Shown in pieces: positions 35,251 through 47,774 of a stretch of DNA of 50,390 bases. Below the pieces are notes generated by a model. The model worked only from the letters and a program-made list of their open reading frames with translations. It was not told where the DNA came from and did no database searches. Positions within the stretch are counted from its first letter, which is position 1. The number at the start of each line of letters is the position of its first letter. The DNA is from Chiloscyllium plagiosum (Eukaryota): contig NC_057719.1 in NCBI RefSeq assembly GCF_004010195.1, positions 888,832 through 939,221 of the forward strand, in the 5' to 3' direction. A program made the translations under genes and the position numbers.

Positions 35251-35812
35251 ATCCTTTGTTGAGCTCTCTTGTGCTGCGGTGGTAGGATCCCTACCCTTGG
35301 ACAAGAAGGCCTGAGTTTAAGTCCCACCTGCTCCAGAGGTAATAACATCTCTGACCAGGTTGATTTGGAAAAATAGGCGAAACAAAACGTGAGTGGCTTT
35401 TTTTCAGCTGTTGCCACTCCCTGAGGCACCTAAAACACAAACTGCAAACTAAACTCCCTCTCACTTTAACCTCAGAGCAAGCAACGCATTGTCCCAGCTC
35501 AGGTTTCAACAGCCTTTTCCTGGGACACACCTTCTCATGCAGACTTCTCAATGTTTCTGTCCCTCTGTCTTCCTGAACCTCTGTCACTGCGCCACACCAC
35601 AGCCTTTTCTTTTTTTCTGAAATGCACTAAACTTCTGACCTCTCCCCTCCAGCCTCCATTTATTGACATCAAACGTGTATAGCCTCATTGAAATGCAGGT
35701 GAACCGATAGACCACCAGAGTCATTGGCACCAAGCCCACAAGAATGTTCTAAAATGACATGAAATTGTGTTCTTTTTTAGTACACAAAATACAATGCACC
35801 ACGATCACTAGT

Positions 35813-38800
35813 ATAGAACATAAAACATTCCAGCTCAGTACAGGCCCTTCGGCCCTCGATGTTGTGCCAACCTGTGGAACCAATCTGAAGCCCATTTATC
35901 CAACACTATTCCATTTTCATCCATATGCCTATCCAATGACCACTTAAATGCCCTTAAAGTTGGTGAGTCTACCACTGTTGCAGGCAGTGCTTTCCACGCT
36001 TCTGCTACTCTGAGTAAAGATACTATCTCTGACATCTGTCCAATGTCTATCACCCCTCAATGTAAAGCTACGTCCCATCGTGCTAGCCATCACCATCAGA
36101 GGGAAAAGGCTCTCCCTGTCCACCCTATCTAACCCTCTGATTATCTTATATGTCTCAAGAAGTCACCTCTCAACCTTCTTCTATCTAACGAAAACAGTCT
36201 CAAGTCCCTCAGCCTTTCCTCATAAGACCTTCCCTCCATAACAAGTAACATCCTAGTAAATCTCCTCTGAACCCTTTCCAAAGCTTCCACATCCTTCCTA
36301 TGATGCGGTGACCAGAACTGTACACAATACTCCAAGTGCAACCACACCAGAGTTTTGTACAGTTGCAGCATGACCTCATGGCTCTGAAACTCAGTCCCTC
36401 TACCAATAAAAGCTAACACGCCGTACGCCTTCCTAATAACCCTATCAACCTGGATGGCAACTTTCAGGGATCTATGTACATGGACACCGAGATCTCTCTG
36501 CTCATCTACACTACCAAGAATCTTATCATTAGCCCAGTATTCTGTATTCCTGTTACTTCTTCCAAAGTGAATCACCTCACACTTTTCCACATTAAACTCC
36601 ATTTGCTACCTCTAAGCCCAGCTCTGCAGCTTATCTATGTCCCTCTGTAACCTGCAACATCCTTCGGCACTGTCCACAACTCCACTGACCTTAGTGTCAT
36701 CTGCAAATTTACTAATCCATCCTTTTACGCCATAAGCCAGGTCATTTATAAAAATGACAAACAGCAGTGGCCCCAAAACAGATCCTAGCAGCACATCACT
36801 AGTAACTGAACTCCAGGATGAACATTTCCCATCAACCACCACCCTCTGTCTTCTTTCAGCTAGCCAATTTCTGATCCCAGCCACTAAATCACCCTCAATT
36901 CCATACCTCTGTATTTTCTGCAATAGCTTACCATGGGGAACCTTATAAAACCCCTTACTGAAATCCATATACACCACATCAACCACTTTACCCTCATCCA
37001 CCTGTTTGGTCACCACCTCAAAGAACTTAATAAGGTTTGTGAGGCACATCCCACCTTACACAAAACTGTGTTGACTATCCCTAATTAAATTATTCTTTTC
37101 TAGATTATTATAAATCCTCTCTCTTATAACTCTTTCCAACACTTTACCCACAACTGAAGTAAGTCTCACTGGTCTATAATTATCAGGGTTGTCTCTACTT
37201 TCTTTCTTGAACAAGGAAACCACATTTGCTATCCTCCAGTCTTCTGGTACTATTCCTGTTGACAATGATGACATAAAGATCAAAGCCACAGGCTCGGCAA
37301 TCCCCTCCCTGGCTTTCCAGAGAATCCTAGGATAAATCCCATCTGGCTCAGAGGACTTAACTATTTTCACACTTTCCAAAATTGCTAACACCTCCTCCTT
37401 GTGAACCTCACTCCCATCTTCCTCGACAACATTGTCTTTTTCCTGTGTGAATACTGATGAAAAATATTCGTTTAGCACCTCTCCTATCTCACCAGACTCC
37501 ACACACAACCTCCCACTACTGTCCCTGACTGGCCCTAATCTTACCCTAGTCATCCTTTTATTCCTGATATACCTATAGAAAGCCTTAGGGCTTTCCTTGA
37601 TCCTATCTGCCAAAGAGTTTTCTCGTCCCCTCCTGGCTCTTCTTAGCTCTCTCTTTAGGTCCTGCCTGGCTAACTTGTAACTCTCAAGCGCCCAAGCTGA
37701 ACCTTCACATCTTATCCGAACATAAGCCGCTTTTTTCCTCTTGACAAGAGATTCAACTTCTTTAGTAAACCATGGCTCCCTTACTTGACCATTTCCTCCC
37801 TGCCTGACAGGTACATACTTATCAAGGACACACAGTAGCTATTCCTTGAATAAGCTCCACATTTCAATTGTACCCATTCCTTGCAGTTTCCTTCTGCATC
37901 CTATACATCCTAAACTTTGCCTAATCACCTCATAATTGCCTTTTCCCATTATAACTCTTGCCCTGTGTTATATATCTATTCCTTTCCATCGCTAAAGTAA
38001 ACGTAACTGAATTGTGGTCACTATCACCAAAGTGCTCACCTCCCTCCAAGTCTAACACCTTGCTGGGTTCATTACCCAGTACCAAATCTAATGTGGCCTG
38101 CCCCTTGTTGGCCTGTCTACATACTGTGTCAGGAAACCCTCCTGCACACATTGGACAAAGACTGACTCATCTAAAGTACTCAAACTATTGCATTTCCAGT
38201 CAATACTTGAAAAGTTAAAGCCCCTCATAACAACTACCCTATTACTCTCGCTTCTATCCAGAATCATCTTTGCTATCCTTTCTTCTACATCTCTGGTACA
38301 ACTTGGAGGCTTACAGAAAACTCCCAACAGGGTGACCTCTCCTTTCCTGTTTCTAACCCCAGCCCATACTACCTCAGTAGAGGAGTCCTCAAACGTCCTT
38401 TCTGCCACCGTAATACTGCCTTCGACAAGCAATGTCACACCTCCCCCTCTTTTACCATCTTCTCTGTTCTTACTGAAACATCTAAATCACGGAACCTGCA
38501 ACAACCATTCCTGTCCCTGCTCTGTCCATGTCTCCGAAATGGCCACAACATCGAAATCCCAGGTACCAACCCATGCTGCAAGTTCACCACCTTATTCCAG
38601 ATGCTCCTGGCACTGAAGTAGATGCACTTCAAACCACCTTCCTGCCAGTCGGTACACTCCTGTGACCTTGAAACCATCTTTCTGACCTCACTACTCTCAA
38701 CCTCCTGTACACTGGAGCTACAATTCAGGTTCCCATCCCCCTGCTGAATTAGTTTAAACCCAATGAAGAGCATTAGCAAATTTCCTCCAAGATATTGGTA

Positions 38801-40050
38801 CCCCTCTGGTTCAGGTGAAGACCATCCTGTTTGTAGCGGTCCCACCTACCCTACAATGAGCCCTAATTATCCAGGAAACAAAAACTCTCCCTCCTGCGCC
38901 ATCCCTGTAGCCACGTATTCAACTCCTCTCTCTCCCTATTCCTTGTCTCGCTAGCACGTGGCACGGGTAACAAATCAGAGATAACAACTCTGTCTGTCCT
39001 CGCTCTAAGCTTCCATCCTAGCTTCCTGAATTTCTGCCTTAAATCTCCATCTCTCTTCCTACCTATATCATTGGTGCCTATGTGGACCACAACCTGGGGG
39101 CTGCTCCCCCTCCCCCTCAAGGACCCCGTAAACATGATCCAAGACATCACGAACCCTGGCAACTAGGAGGCAACACACCAACCATGAGTCTCGCTCCTTC
39201 TCACAGAACCTGGTATCTGTCCCCCTAACTATGGAGACCCCAAAGACTACTGCTCTGCTCCTCTTCCCCCTTCCCTTCTGAGCAACAGGGACAGGGACAG
39301 ACTCTGTGCCAGAGCCCTGTGCCCCATTGCTTTCCCCTGGTAAGTCATCCGCCACAACAATATCCAAAAAGGTCTACGCCATAGGGCATCCCTGCACTGC
39401 CTGCTGGTTCCCTTTCCGTCCCCTGACTATAGCTGAAAAATGTGTTGCTGGAAAAGCACAGCAGGTCAGGCAGCATCCAAGGAGCAGGAGAATTGATGTT
39501 TCGGGCACTATCCCCTGACTATAACCCATCTACCTTTTTTCCTGTACCTGAGGTTACCTCCCTGTAACTCCTCCCAATAACCCCCTCCGCCTCCCGAATA
39601 ATCCGAAATTCATCCAGCTCCAGCTCCAGTTCCCTAACGCGGTTTCCGAGGAGCTGGAGTTGGGTGCACTTCCCGCAGATGCAGTCAGCAGGGACACTCA
39701 TGGTGACCCTTACCTCCTACAATCTGCAGGAGGAACGTTCAACTGTCCTAACCTCCATTCCCACTGTTCTGAATTCCCAAACAGACTATATTAAAAAAAA
39801 CTAGCAACCTTACCAAATCGGCGTTCTGGACCTTGTTTTTTTTTTGGTTAGGGGAGGAGGATGGGTGGGAGACACTACCTAAGTAGTGTTTCGGGTAAAG
39901 CAACTGGCCAAATATATAACCTCACTTACACAGCTGTCCCATGCCCGCTCCTGTTTAGCGTGCACTCCACCTATACGTGAGGTAAGCTTTTAAACAATTA
40001 TTTTACCTTCCCGGCAGCTCCCTGGTCCTTGCTCTCGCTGCTCCCTCTGC
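35813..40050 (-). mobile_element. Near-full-length, disabled CR1/HER1-type LINE: 5' UTR, ORF1 (Cys motif, leucine zipper, SGNH esterase-like), ORF2 (APE endonuclease + RT), 3' UTR
   Basis: CICGKCTQLQLL..RVRELELELD; VVFGVSIVRG and [47 protein letters not shown]. Many stops and frameshifts. Confidence 0.95.
39432..39510 (-). mobile_element. Family-B insertion in CR1 ORF1 with perfect 13-bp TSD
   Basis: tcccctgactata at 39419-39431 and 39511-39523. Confidence 0.9.
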
Positions 40051-40059
40051 TGCGGCTAC

Positions 40060-40730
40060 TTACACACAGACAAAGAAGGACACCACTTCCACTGGGACAA
40101 CATATCCATCCTCCGGCAAGCCAAACAGAGACACCGCACGAGAATTCGTGGAGGCCTGGCATTCAAACCAGAACTCAATTAACAAACATATTGATTAGAT
40201 TAGGTTACTTAGTGTGGAAACAGGCCCTTCGGCCCAACAAGTCCACACCGCCCCGCCGAAGCGCAACCCACCCATACCCCTACATTTACCCCTTACCTAA
40301 CACTACGGGCAATTTAGCATGGCCAATTCACCTAACCTGCACATCTTTGGATTGTGGGAGGAAACCGGAGCACCCGGAGGAAACCCACGCAGACACGGGG
40401 AGAATGTGCAAACTCCACACAGACAGTCGCCTGAGGCAGGATTTGAACCCGAGTCTCTGGCGCTGTGAGGCAGCAGTGCTAACTGCTGTGCCACCGGGCC
40501 ATCCACTTTGGACCCCATTTACCAATCCCCCAGAAACAGAACCAGAAACGATATCACCCACCACAACAGACCAAGAGAGATATTTAGCAAGCGGGACAGA
40601 ACACCAACAGTTCATCACTGATGATGTTACCCAGCATGGTGACGAATCGTCTGAGAACAAACCTACCAGCTCAGCGAGCTAACGTGCATCCTGAACCTCA
40701 ACCTGAGCTACAAATCTCCTCAAAAATTGC
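40060..40730 (+). mobile_element. Penelope-like element 3' end and terminal repeat (family C), interrupted by an HE1-type SINE (~40193-40500, minus)
   Basis: Homologous to 42620-42925 (GHHFHWDNISILRQAKQRHRTRI..EAWHS); hammerhead-like motif at 40615-40655. Confidence 0.85.
40615..40655 (+). ncRNA. Hammerhead-like motif (family C), core variant GAAU
   Basis: UCA-CUGAUGA-U-GUUACC(CAGCAU)GGUGAC-GAAUCGUC-UGA. Confidence 0.6.
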
Positions 40731-40874
40731 AAACAATGTACTGTATTAATTAAACTTAATGCAGTGCTTTAATTTCAATATTCCTAACAATATTGAGACT
40801 GTCCCTGTACATTCCCCCCTTGAGCAATCCAAGTAAATGTATCTGCTTACTCCATACTCATTCACCTCATCCCA

Positions 40875-41225
40875 GGGAGGTGATGATCTCATGGTGCTAT
40901 TGCTGGATTGTTAACTCATAGACCCAGGTAATGTCCTGGGAGCCTGGATTCAAATCCTGCCACGGCAGATGGTGGAATTTGGATTTAATGAAAATCTGGA
41001 ATGAAGAGTCTAATGATGATCATGAGTCCATTGTTGACTGTTGGAAAAACCCATCTGGATCATTAATGTCCTTTAGGGAAGGAAACTGCCATCCTTACCT
41101 GGGCTGGCCTACATGTGACTCCAGACCCACAACAATATGGTTGACTCTTAACAGCCCTCTGGGCAATTAGGGATGGGCAATAAATGCTGGCTTACCCGGT
41201 GACATCCTCATCCTGTGAATGAATC
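40875..41225 (+). mobile_element. Full-length tRNA-head SINE sharing its 3' tail with the second LINE family
   Basis: B-box-like ggattcaaatcc; tail gggcaattagggatgggcaataaatgctgg matches the LINE tails at ~19510, ~43550 and ~45560. Confidence 0.82.
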
Positions 41226-41773
41226 AAAGCAGTGGACCCAGCACCAATCCTTGTGGCACACGGCGGTCACAGGCCTCCAGTCTGAGTTAGGGAAATATCT
41301 CAAGGGTCAAGTTCTAAATTGGGGCAAGGTGATTATTGGTGGAATTAGACAGGAGCTTTCTGGGGTTGATTGGAATAGTCTGTTTGGAGGCAAAGGGACC
41401 TCCGGCAAGTGGAAGGCCTTTAAAAGTAGTGATGCCAGTATTCCTTTGCCCAGGTTGATGTGCATCGATGTGAAAAGGGCTGTAATGTCAAAGGAGACCA
41501 TTATTTCATCCTCTTTTATCTGGGCGTCTTTGATGGTCTTCAGGAATTAACATCGACCTGGCCAAAGAAACACTGGCATCGCTACAAGGAAAACCAGGAC
41601 CACAAATACCAGACAGCACCAACTTCATCAGCAAAGACAACATCCTCAAGCTAGTGGACCTGTGCCTCACCACCCACTTCACATTCAATAACAAAACCTA
41701 CAAACAAGTCAACAGAACACCTATGGGATCACCAATATCAGGGCTCATAGTGGAACCAGTAACGCAGAGACTT

Positions 41774-41897
41774 GAAGGGCTTTTGCCCGAAACGTCGATT
41801 TTGCTGAAGCTCCTCGGATGCTGCCTGAAATGCTGTGCTCTTCCTGCACCATTGATCCAGAATCTGGTTTCCAGCATCTGCAGTCATTGTTTTTACC
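41774..41897 (+). mobile_element. Family-B fragment inserted inside the Penelope RT
   Basis: gaagggcttttgcccgaaacgtcgatttt...gtcattgtttttacc. Confidence 0.85.
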
Positions 41898-42845
41898 AAG
41901 CTGTCCACCCGTCAATCCAATTGGGTCCGCTACGTAGATGACACATTTGTCATCACAAAACGGTACAAATTCGAGGAAACATACAACACCATCAACAATA
42001 TCCTGACAGGCGTAAAATTCACAAAAGAGGAGGAGTAAGACAACAGACTCCCATTCCTAGAGTGACATTTGAACATAAGGTTAACAGAGAGCTTTAAACC
42101 AGCATCTACAGAAAAACAACAAACACAGACCAAATAGTTACCTTCACAAGCAATCATCCCAACACCCACAAACGGAGCCAAATCACACTGCAACACCCAA
42201 GAACGACAAAAAAACAGAAGAAAATTATCTATACAGCGTTTTCCAGAAAAACGGGTACCCAATAAACACAATCTGCCGATTCCTCAGAAACAAACCCAAG
42301 CAAACAGACACAACACAACTGAAAGCTATAGCCACATTACCTTACATCAAAGGCATATCAGAAATAACTTCCAGACTACTCAGACCCCTTGGCATCATGG
42401 TAGCCCACAAACCCACCAACACACTTAAACAGCGACTAATGAACCTAAAGAATCCATTAGATATTACCAACAAAACTAACATCATTTACAAAATACCATG
42501 CGAGAACTGTAAAAAACACAACATTGGACAAACTAGCAAGAAACTAGCCACCAGGATACATGAACACCAAGACTAGCCACCAAAAAGACGCAACCCATTA
42601 TCACTAGTTTCTATGCATACAAAGAAGGATACCACTTTGACTGGGATAACACACACACATCCTAGGACAGGCTAAACAAAGACACAAATCAGAATTCTTA
42701 GAGGCATGGCATTCTAACCAGAAGTCCATCAATAAACACATTGGTTTAGATCCTATCGACCTCCCCTGAAAAAAAAAGAAATGACATCACCCACCTTAAG
42801 AAACCAAGCGAGATGGGACATTCCACCAGTGCTTCACCAGGGACT

Positions 42846-42888
42846 CTCACTGATGATGTTGCCTAGTGGTGGTGACGAAACATCTGAA
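42846..42888 (+). ncRNA. Hammerhead-like motif (family C) in the Penelope terminal repeat
   Basis: CUCA-CUGAUGA-U-GUUGCC(UAGUGGU)GGUGAC-GAAACAUC-UGA. Confidence 0.7.
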
Positions 42889-43074
42889 CAGGAACCTTCC
42901 AGCTCAGCGAGCTAACTTACATAGTTACGAGAGAATTAGCTTCCAACAACATTTCAGTGTTTTCTACAATTTACCTTAACCTACCCTGGTCACAAAGGAA
43001 ACAATGTCAGCAGGGAACATCTACATAATGAGAGTACTAATCAAAACATACAGCGAGACCTGGTTTTATCTGAG

Positions 43075-44580
43075 ACCGTAAGAAATGGGAATAGGAGTAG
43101 GCCATTCGGCCCCTCAAGTCTGCTCCACTATTCTACAGGATCACAGCTGATCTGACATTCCTCACTTCCACTTTTTTGCCCTTTCCCCATAACCCTTGAT
43201 TCCCTGTCTCATCAAGAATCTATCTCAACCTTAAATACACACAAGGAAGAAGTGGCAAAGAAGATAGATGAAGGAAGAGCAATGGACATGCTCTAAATGG
43301 ACTTCAGAAGGCTTTCGACAAACATCCACTCCCTCCACCACCGATGACAAGGGCAGCAGGTACATGGGAACACCACCCCTTTCAAGTTCCCCTCCAAGCC
43401 ACTCACCATTCCAACCTGGAAATATATCACTGTTCCTTTGGTGTCGCTGGGTCAAAATCCTGGAATTCCCTCCCTAAGGGCATTGTTAGTCAACCTATAG
43501 CATATGGACTGCAGCGGTTCAGGAAAACAGCTCACCCCTACCTTCTCAAGGGGAAACTAGGGACAGGCGATAAATGCTGGGCCCAGCTAGCGACACCCAT
43601 GGCCCACAAAATTATTTATTTAAAATGCCTCCACCTGATAGACTGGTTAGCAAGATTAGATCACACCCACTCCAGAGACCTAGCTATTTGGAATTAAAAT
43701 TAGCTTGTCACTAAGAGACAGAGGGTGGTGGTGGAGGGTTGTTTTTCAGACTGGAGGCCTGTGACCAGTGGAATGCCACAAGGATCGGTGCTGGGTCCTC
43801 TACTTTTTGTCATTTTTATAAATGATTTGGATGCGAGCATAATAGATACAGTTAGTAAGTTTGCAGATTACACNNNNNNNNNNNNNNNNNNNNNNNNNNN
43901 NNNNNNNNNNNNNNNNNNNNNNNNNNNNNNNNNNNNNNNNNNNNNNNNNNNNNNNNNNNNNNNNNNNNNNNNNNNNNNNNNNNNNNNNNNNNNNNNNNNN
44001 NNNNNNNNNNNNNNNNNNNNNNNNNNNNNNNNNNNNNNNNNNNNNNNNNNNNNNNNNNNNNNNNNNNNNNNNNNNNNNNNNNNNNNNNNNNNNNNNNNNN
44101 NNNNNNNNNNNNNNNNNNNNNNNNNNNNNNNNNNNNNNNNNNNNNNNNNNNNNNNNNNNNNNNNNNNNGGGCTGTTTTCCCTGGAGCGTCAGAGACTGAG
44201 GGGTGACCTTATAGAGGTTTACAAAATTATGAGGGGCATGGATAGGATAAATAGACAAGGTCTTTTCCCTGGGGTGGGGGAGTCCAGAACTAGAGGGCAT
44301 AGGTTTAGGGTGAGAGGGGAAAGATATAGAAGAAACCTAAGGGGGAACTATTTCACACAGAGGGTGGTACGTGTATGGAATGAGCTGCCAGAGGAAGTGG
44401 TGGAGGCTGGTACAATTACAACATTTAAGAGGCATCTGGATGGGTATATGAATAGAAAGGGTTTGGAGGGATATGGGCCTAGTGCTGGCAAATGGAACTG
44501 GATTAATTTAGGAAATCTGGTCGGCGTGGACAAGTTGGACTAAAGCGTCTATTCCTGTGCTGTACATCTCTATAACTCTG
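43075..44580. mobile_element. CR1 tail (minus ~43075-43240), second-LINE tail (~43320-43610) and CR1 RT-to-tail (plus, ~43640-44580) spanning a gap
   Basis: [13 protein letters not shown]...KFAD; RGDLIEVYKIM; FTQRVVRVWNELP. Confidence 0.9.
43874..44168. other. Assembly gap (295 N)
   Basis: Run of N. Confidence 1.
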
Positions 44581-45312
44581 CCCTCACAGCAGCCTCAGAT
44601 TTACAAATATTGCTGTTAGTTTGCATTTAATAAAAAGAAGTACTGTGCAATATACTTCTTATGTCAGTGTCAGGGTGTGGGGTGTGTTACTGTTAATTTT
44701 GGAATGTGAGTTATATACAATGCTTGGATGAAGTCAATAGCCTCAAATTCTACAGTGCAGTTAAACTGGGACATTTTATTACCTTTTGGAACGTGTTTTA
44801 ATCGAGCGTTTCCAGCCAATGTTTGTGTCTCATGAAAGGTTACAGGGTTTTTAAAATTTAAGATTAGCAAGAGATAAGACTTGACAGAACTCCAATCAAC
44901 ATTCCTGACTTTGTGTATTAGTTGTCCAATCACAGACACAGCGTGTTCATTTCGGAAAAGAAATCTTGCAGAATCTCTAAACCCACACACTAATGCTGCC
45001 CTGTGTCAGATTTAGTCGTAACTCAGACACTGTTGGATTATCCAATCTAAGTAAACAAGTTTAATTTTCGAGTCCTTCAGCAGGGTTAAGGGTGATGCAA
45101 TAAAGGCCTGGGATCAAGGTCCAGTGTAAATCACTCCCCAGAGATTGGACACTTACCAACCAGAGAGATGATACATTTCTTGGCACGATCATAGACATTT
45201 ACAACACAAAGGGGGCTATTTAACTCATCTGACCTCTCCCTGCCAAATTACTGCTATCGGCTCTCATTCCAGCTCTTAATCTGTAGGCTACAGGTCATAA
45301 TACTTCAAGTCT

Positions 45313-46600
45313 CCTCAGACAGCACCTTCCAAACCCACAACCCCTTCCATCTAGAAGGATAAGAGCAGCAGATACATGGGAACACCACCCCCTGCAAGTT
45401 CCCCTCCAAACCACTCACTATCCTGAGTTGGAAATATATCACCGTTCCTTCAGTGTCACTGGGTCAAAATCCTGGAATTCCCTCCCTAAGGGTATTGTGG
45501 GTCAACCTACAGCACATGGACGGCAGCGGTTCAAGAAGGCAAATCACCCCCTCCTTCTCAAGGGGCAACTAGGGACAGAAAATAAATAGTGGCTGAGCTA
45601 ACAACACCCACATCAAGTCAATGAGTGAAAAAATCGTGGATGTCAATGTATTTTTTTCAAAATAATGAGATTTCTTGACTGAACTCCAGGAAGAGTTAAC
45701 TCTCGAGTTAAAAAAGAATTGTTATTGTCCAGATCTTGTTACTTTTGAACTCGGATTACTTCAGTACCTGAGGAGTCATGAATGGTGCTGAACATTATGC
45801 AATCATCAGCGAATATCCCCATTTCTGACCTTATGTTGGAGGGAAGATCATTGATGAAGCAGCTGAAGATGGTTGGGTCTAGGACACTACCCTGAGGAAC
45901 TCCTGCAGAGCGTCCTCGAGCTGAAATGACTGACATTGAACAATCACAACCATCTTCCGATGTGCCAGGTATGGCGCCAACCAGCAGAGACTTTGTCCCC
46001 TGACTCCCATTGATTCCAGTTTTGCCGGGGCTCCTTGATGCCACACTCAGGTGAATGTGGCCTTGATGTCAAGGGCTGTCCCTCTCCCCTCCCCTCTGGA
46101 ATCCAGCTCTTTTGTCCATGTTTGAACCAAGGTTGTAATGAGGTCAGGAGCTGAGTGGCCCTGGGGGAACCCAAACTGGGCGTCACTGAGCAGGTTATAA
46201 CTGAGCAGGTGCTGCTTGATAGCACTGTTAATGACCCCTTCCATCACTTTCCTGATGACCGAGAGTAGATTGATTTGGCGGTAATTGGCCGGGTTGGATT
46301 TGTCCAGGACAGGAAATACCTGGACAATTTTCCACATTGTCGGGTAGGTGCCAGTGTTGTAACTGTACTGGGACAGCTTGGCGAGGGGAGCGGCAAGGTC
46401 TGGAGCACAGGCCTTCAGTACTATGGCTGGAACGTTGTCAGGGCCCAAGGTCTTTTCAGTATCTAGTACCTCCAACCATTTCCTGATGTCACATGGAGTG
46501 AATTGAATTGGCTGAAGACTGGTATCTGTAACGCTGGGGACCACTGGAGGAGGCCGAGATGGATCACCCACTCAGCACTTCCGGCTGAAGACTGCTTTGT
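45313..46600. mobile_element. Second-LINE family: 3' end on plus (~45313-45630) and RT region on minus (~45738-46600)
   Basis: SNPANYRQINLLS, QFGFPQGHS, ALDIKATF, GVPQGSVLDPTIF, IFADD. Confidence 0.92.
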
Positions 46601-47027
46601 GGGTTTATGATCTGAATGTTACAATACAATGATCAGTGTTACCCAAAATTGGTTGTCATGCATTTGATCCACTTCACTCCTAAATTACCTACATCAGTTT
46701 TGTCCCTGTCTTACTTCCTCTTTGTTAATTACTCAAAAAACAAGTCTCACACTCCTGCACTGACCATGATTGGAGCCTCATATAGAGAGAGAGACTGAGT
46801 ACATAAGAGGGCAAGAGTGACCTTGGTGTAATGTCAAAGTCAGAACCTGTCACACTGCCTCTCTCTCACAGCACTGCCACAGAAATGTTATCCTCAATTT
46901 GTGTTGAAGTGTTTGGACTGGGACCTGAAGGAAATGATGATTAAGAATGTCCCTGTGACAGTGAAAAGTGAGCACCAGACTCTGAAGATGACAGGCTGTA
47001 CCAAAAGCTAACGGCACTATCACACTG

Positions 47028-47148
47028 GAAGGGCTTTTGCCCGAAACGTCGATTTCGCTGCTCCTTGGATGCTGCCTGAACTGCTGTGCTCTTCCAGCAC
47101 CACGAATCCAGAATCTGGTTTCCAGCATCTGCTGTCATTGTTTTTACC
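47028..47148 (+). mobile_element. Family-B fragment (helix II + GAAACGUC; 5' core missing)
   Basis: gaagggcttttgcccgaaacgtcgatttcgctgctcc. Confidence 0.85.
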
Positions 47149-47339
47149 AAACAGAAAGACAACTTATCCAGCCTTAGCTACAAGAAAAGTGAGGAAAGGT
47201 TACTGGAGTACCTGATGAATCAGATCTGAAGATGTCACATGCAAGCTGCACCAAAGCCAACAATCAGCAACAGTGTACCATGACATGACAGAAGTTTTCG
47301 TGGTGAGGAAAGCAAGAAAGAATGAGAGGTCAGTAGCAA

Positions 47340-47536
47340 TTTGGAGGGGCCGGTGTTGGACTGGGATGGACAAAGTTAAAAATCACACAACACCAGGTTA
47401 TAGTCCAACAGGTTTAATTGGAGGCACTAGCTTTCAGAGCACCTAACCCTAACTACCTGATGAAGAAGCAGCACTCCAAAAGCTAGTGCTTTCTAATAAA
47501 CCTGTTGGACTATAACCTGGTGTTGTGTGATTTTTA
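47340..47536. mobile_element. Family-A inverted-repeat element, opposite orientation to the 21260 copy
   Basis: Same arms; degenerate hammerhead cctgatgaagaagcagcactccaaaagctagtg at ~47456-47488; gaggtcagt on both flanks. Confidence 0.85.
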
Positions 47537-47774
47537 ATGAGGTCAGTTACAGCAAACTCACTTGAATACCCTGCCAGTGATTTGTAGCAGCATGAAACAG
47601 CTCCTGGGGCTCAGTCATAACAGCATTAGTTCACAAAGAAATTATTTCAACAGCGGATCGTATAAAGATTGGTATTTCTCTCCCTCGAGACAGGAGTGAA
47701 TCTCACACCAAACCTAGGGGTTACTAACATGTAACACACAGCTTTACCTGTCCTGGTCACCCTGATGCAGAGAG

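Larger units (their letters stand above)
41422..42925 (+). mobile_element. 5'-truncated Penelope-like element (RT + GIY-YIG + terminal repeat) with inverted 5' segment (~41422-41546)
   Basis: VSFDITALFTS (inverted), TPMGSPISG, WVRYVDDTFVI (~41922), NIIYKIPCENCKKHNIGQT (GIY-YIG-like). Stops and frameshifts present. Confidence 0.92.
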
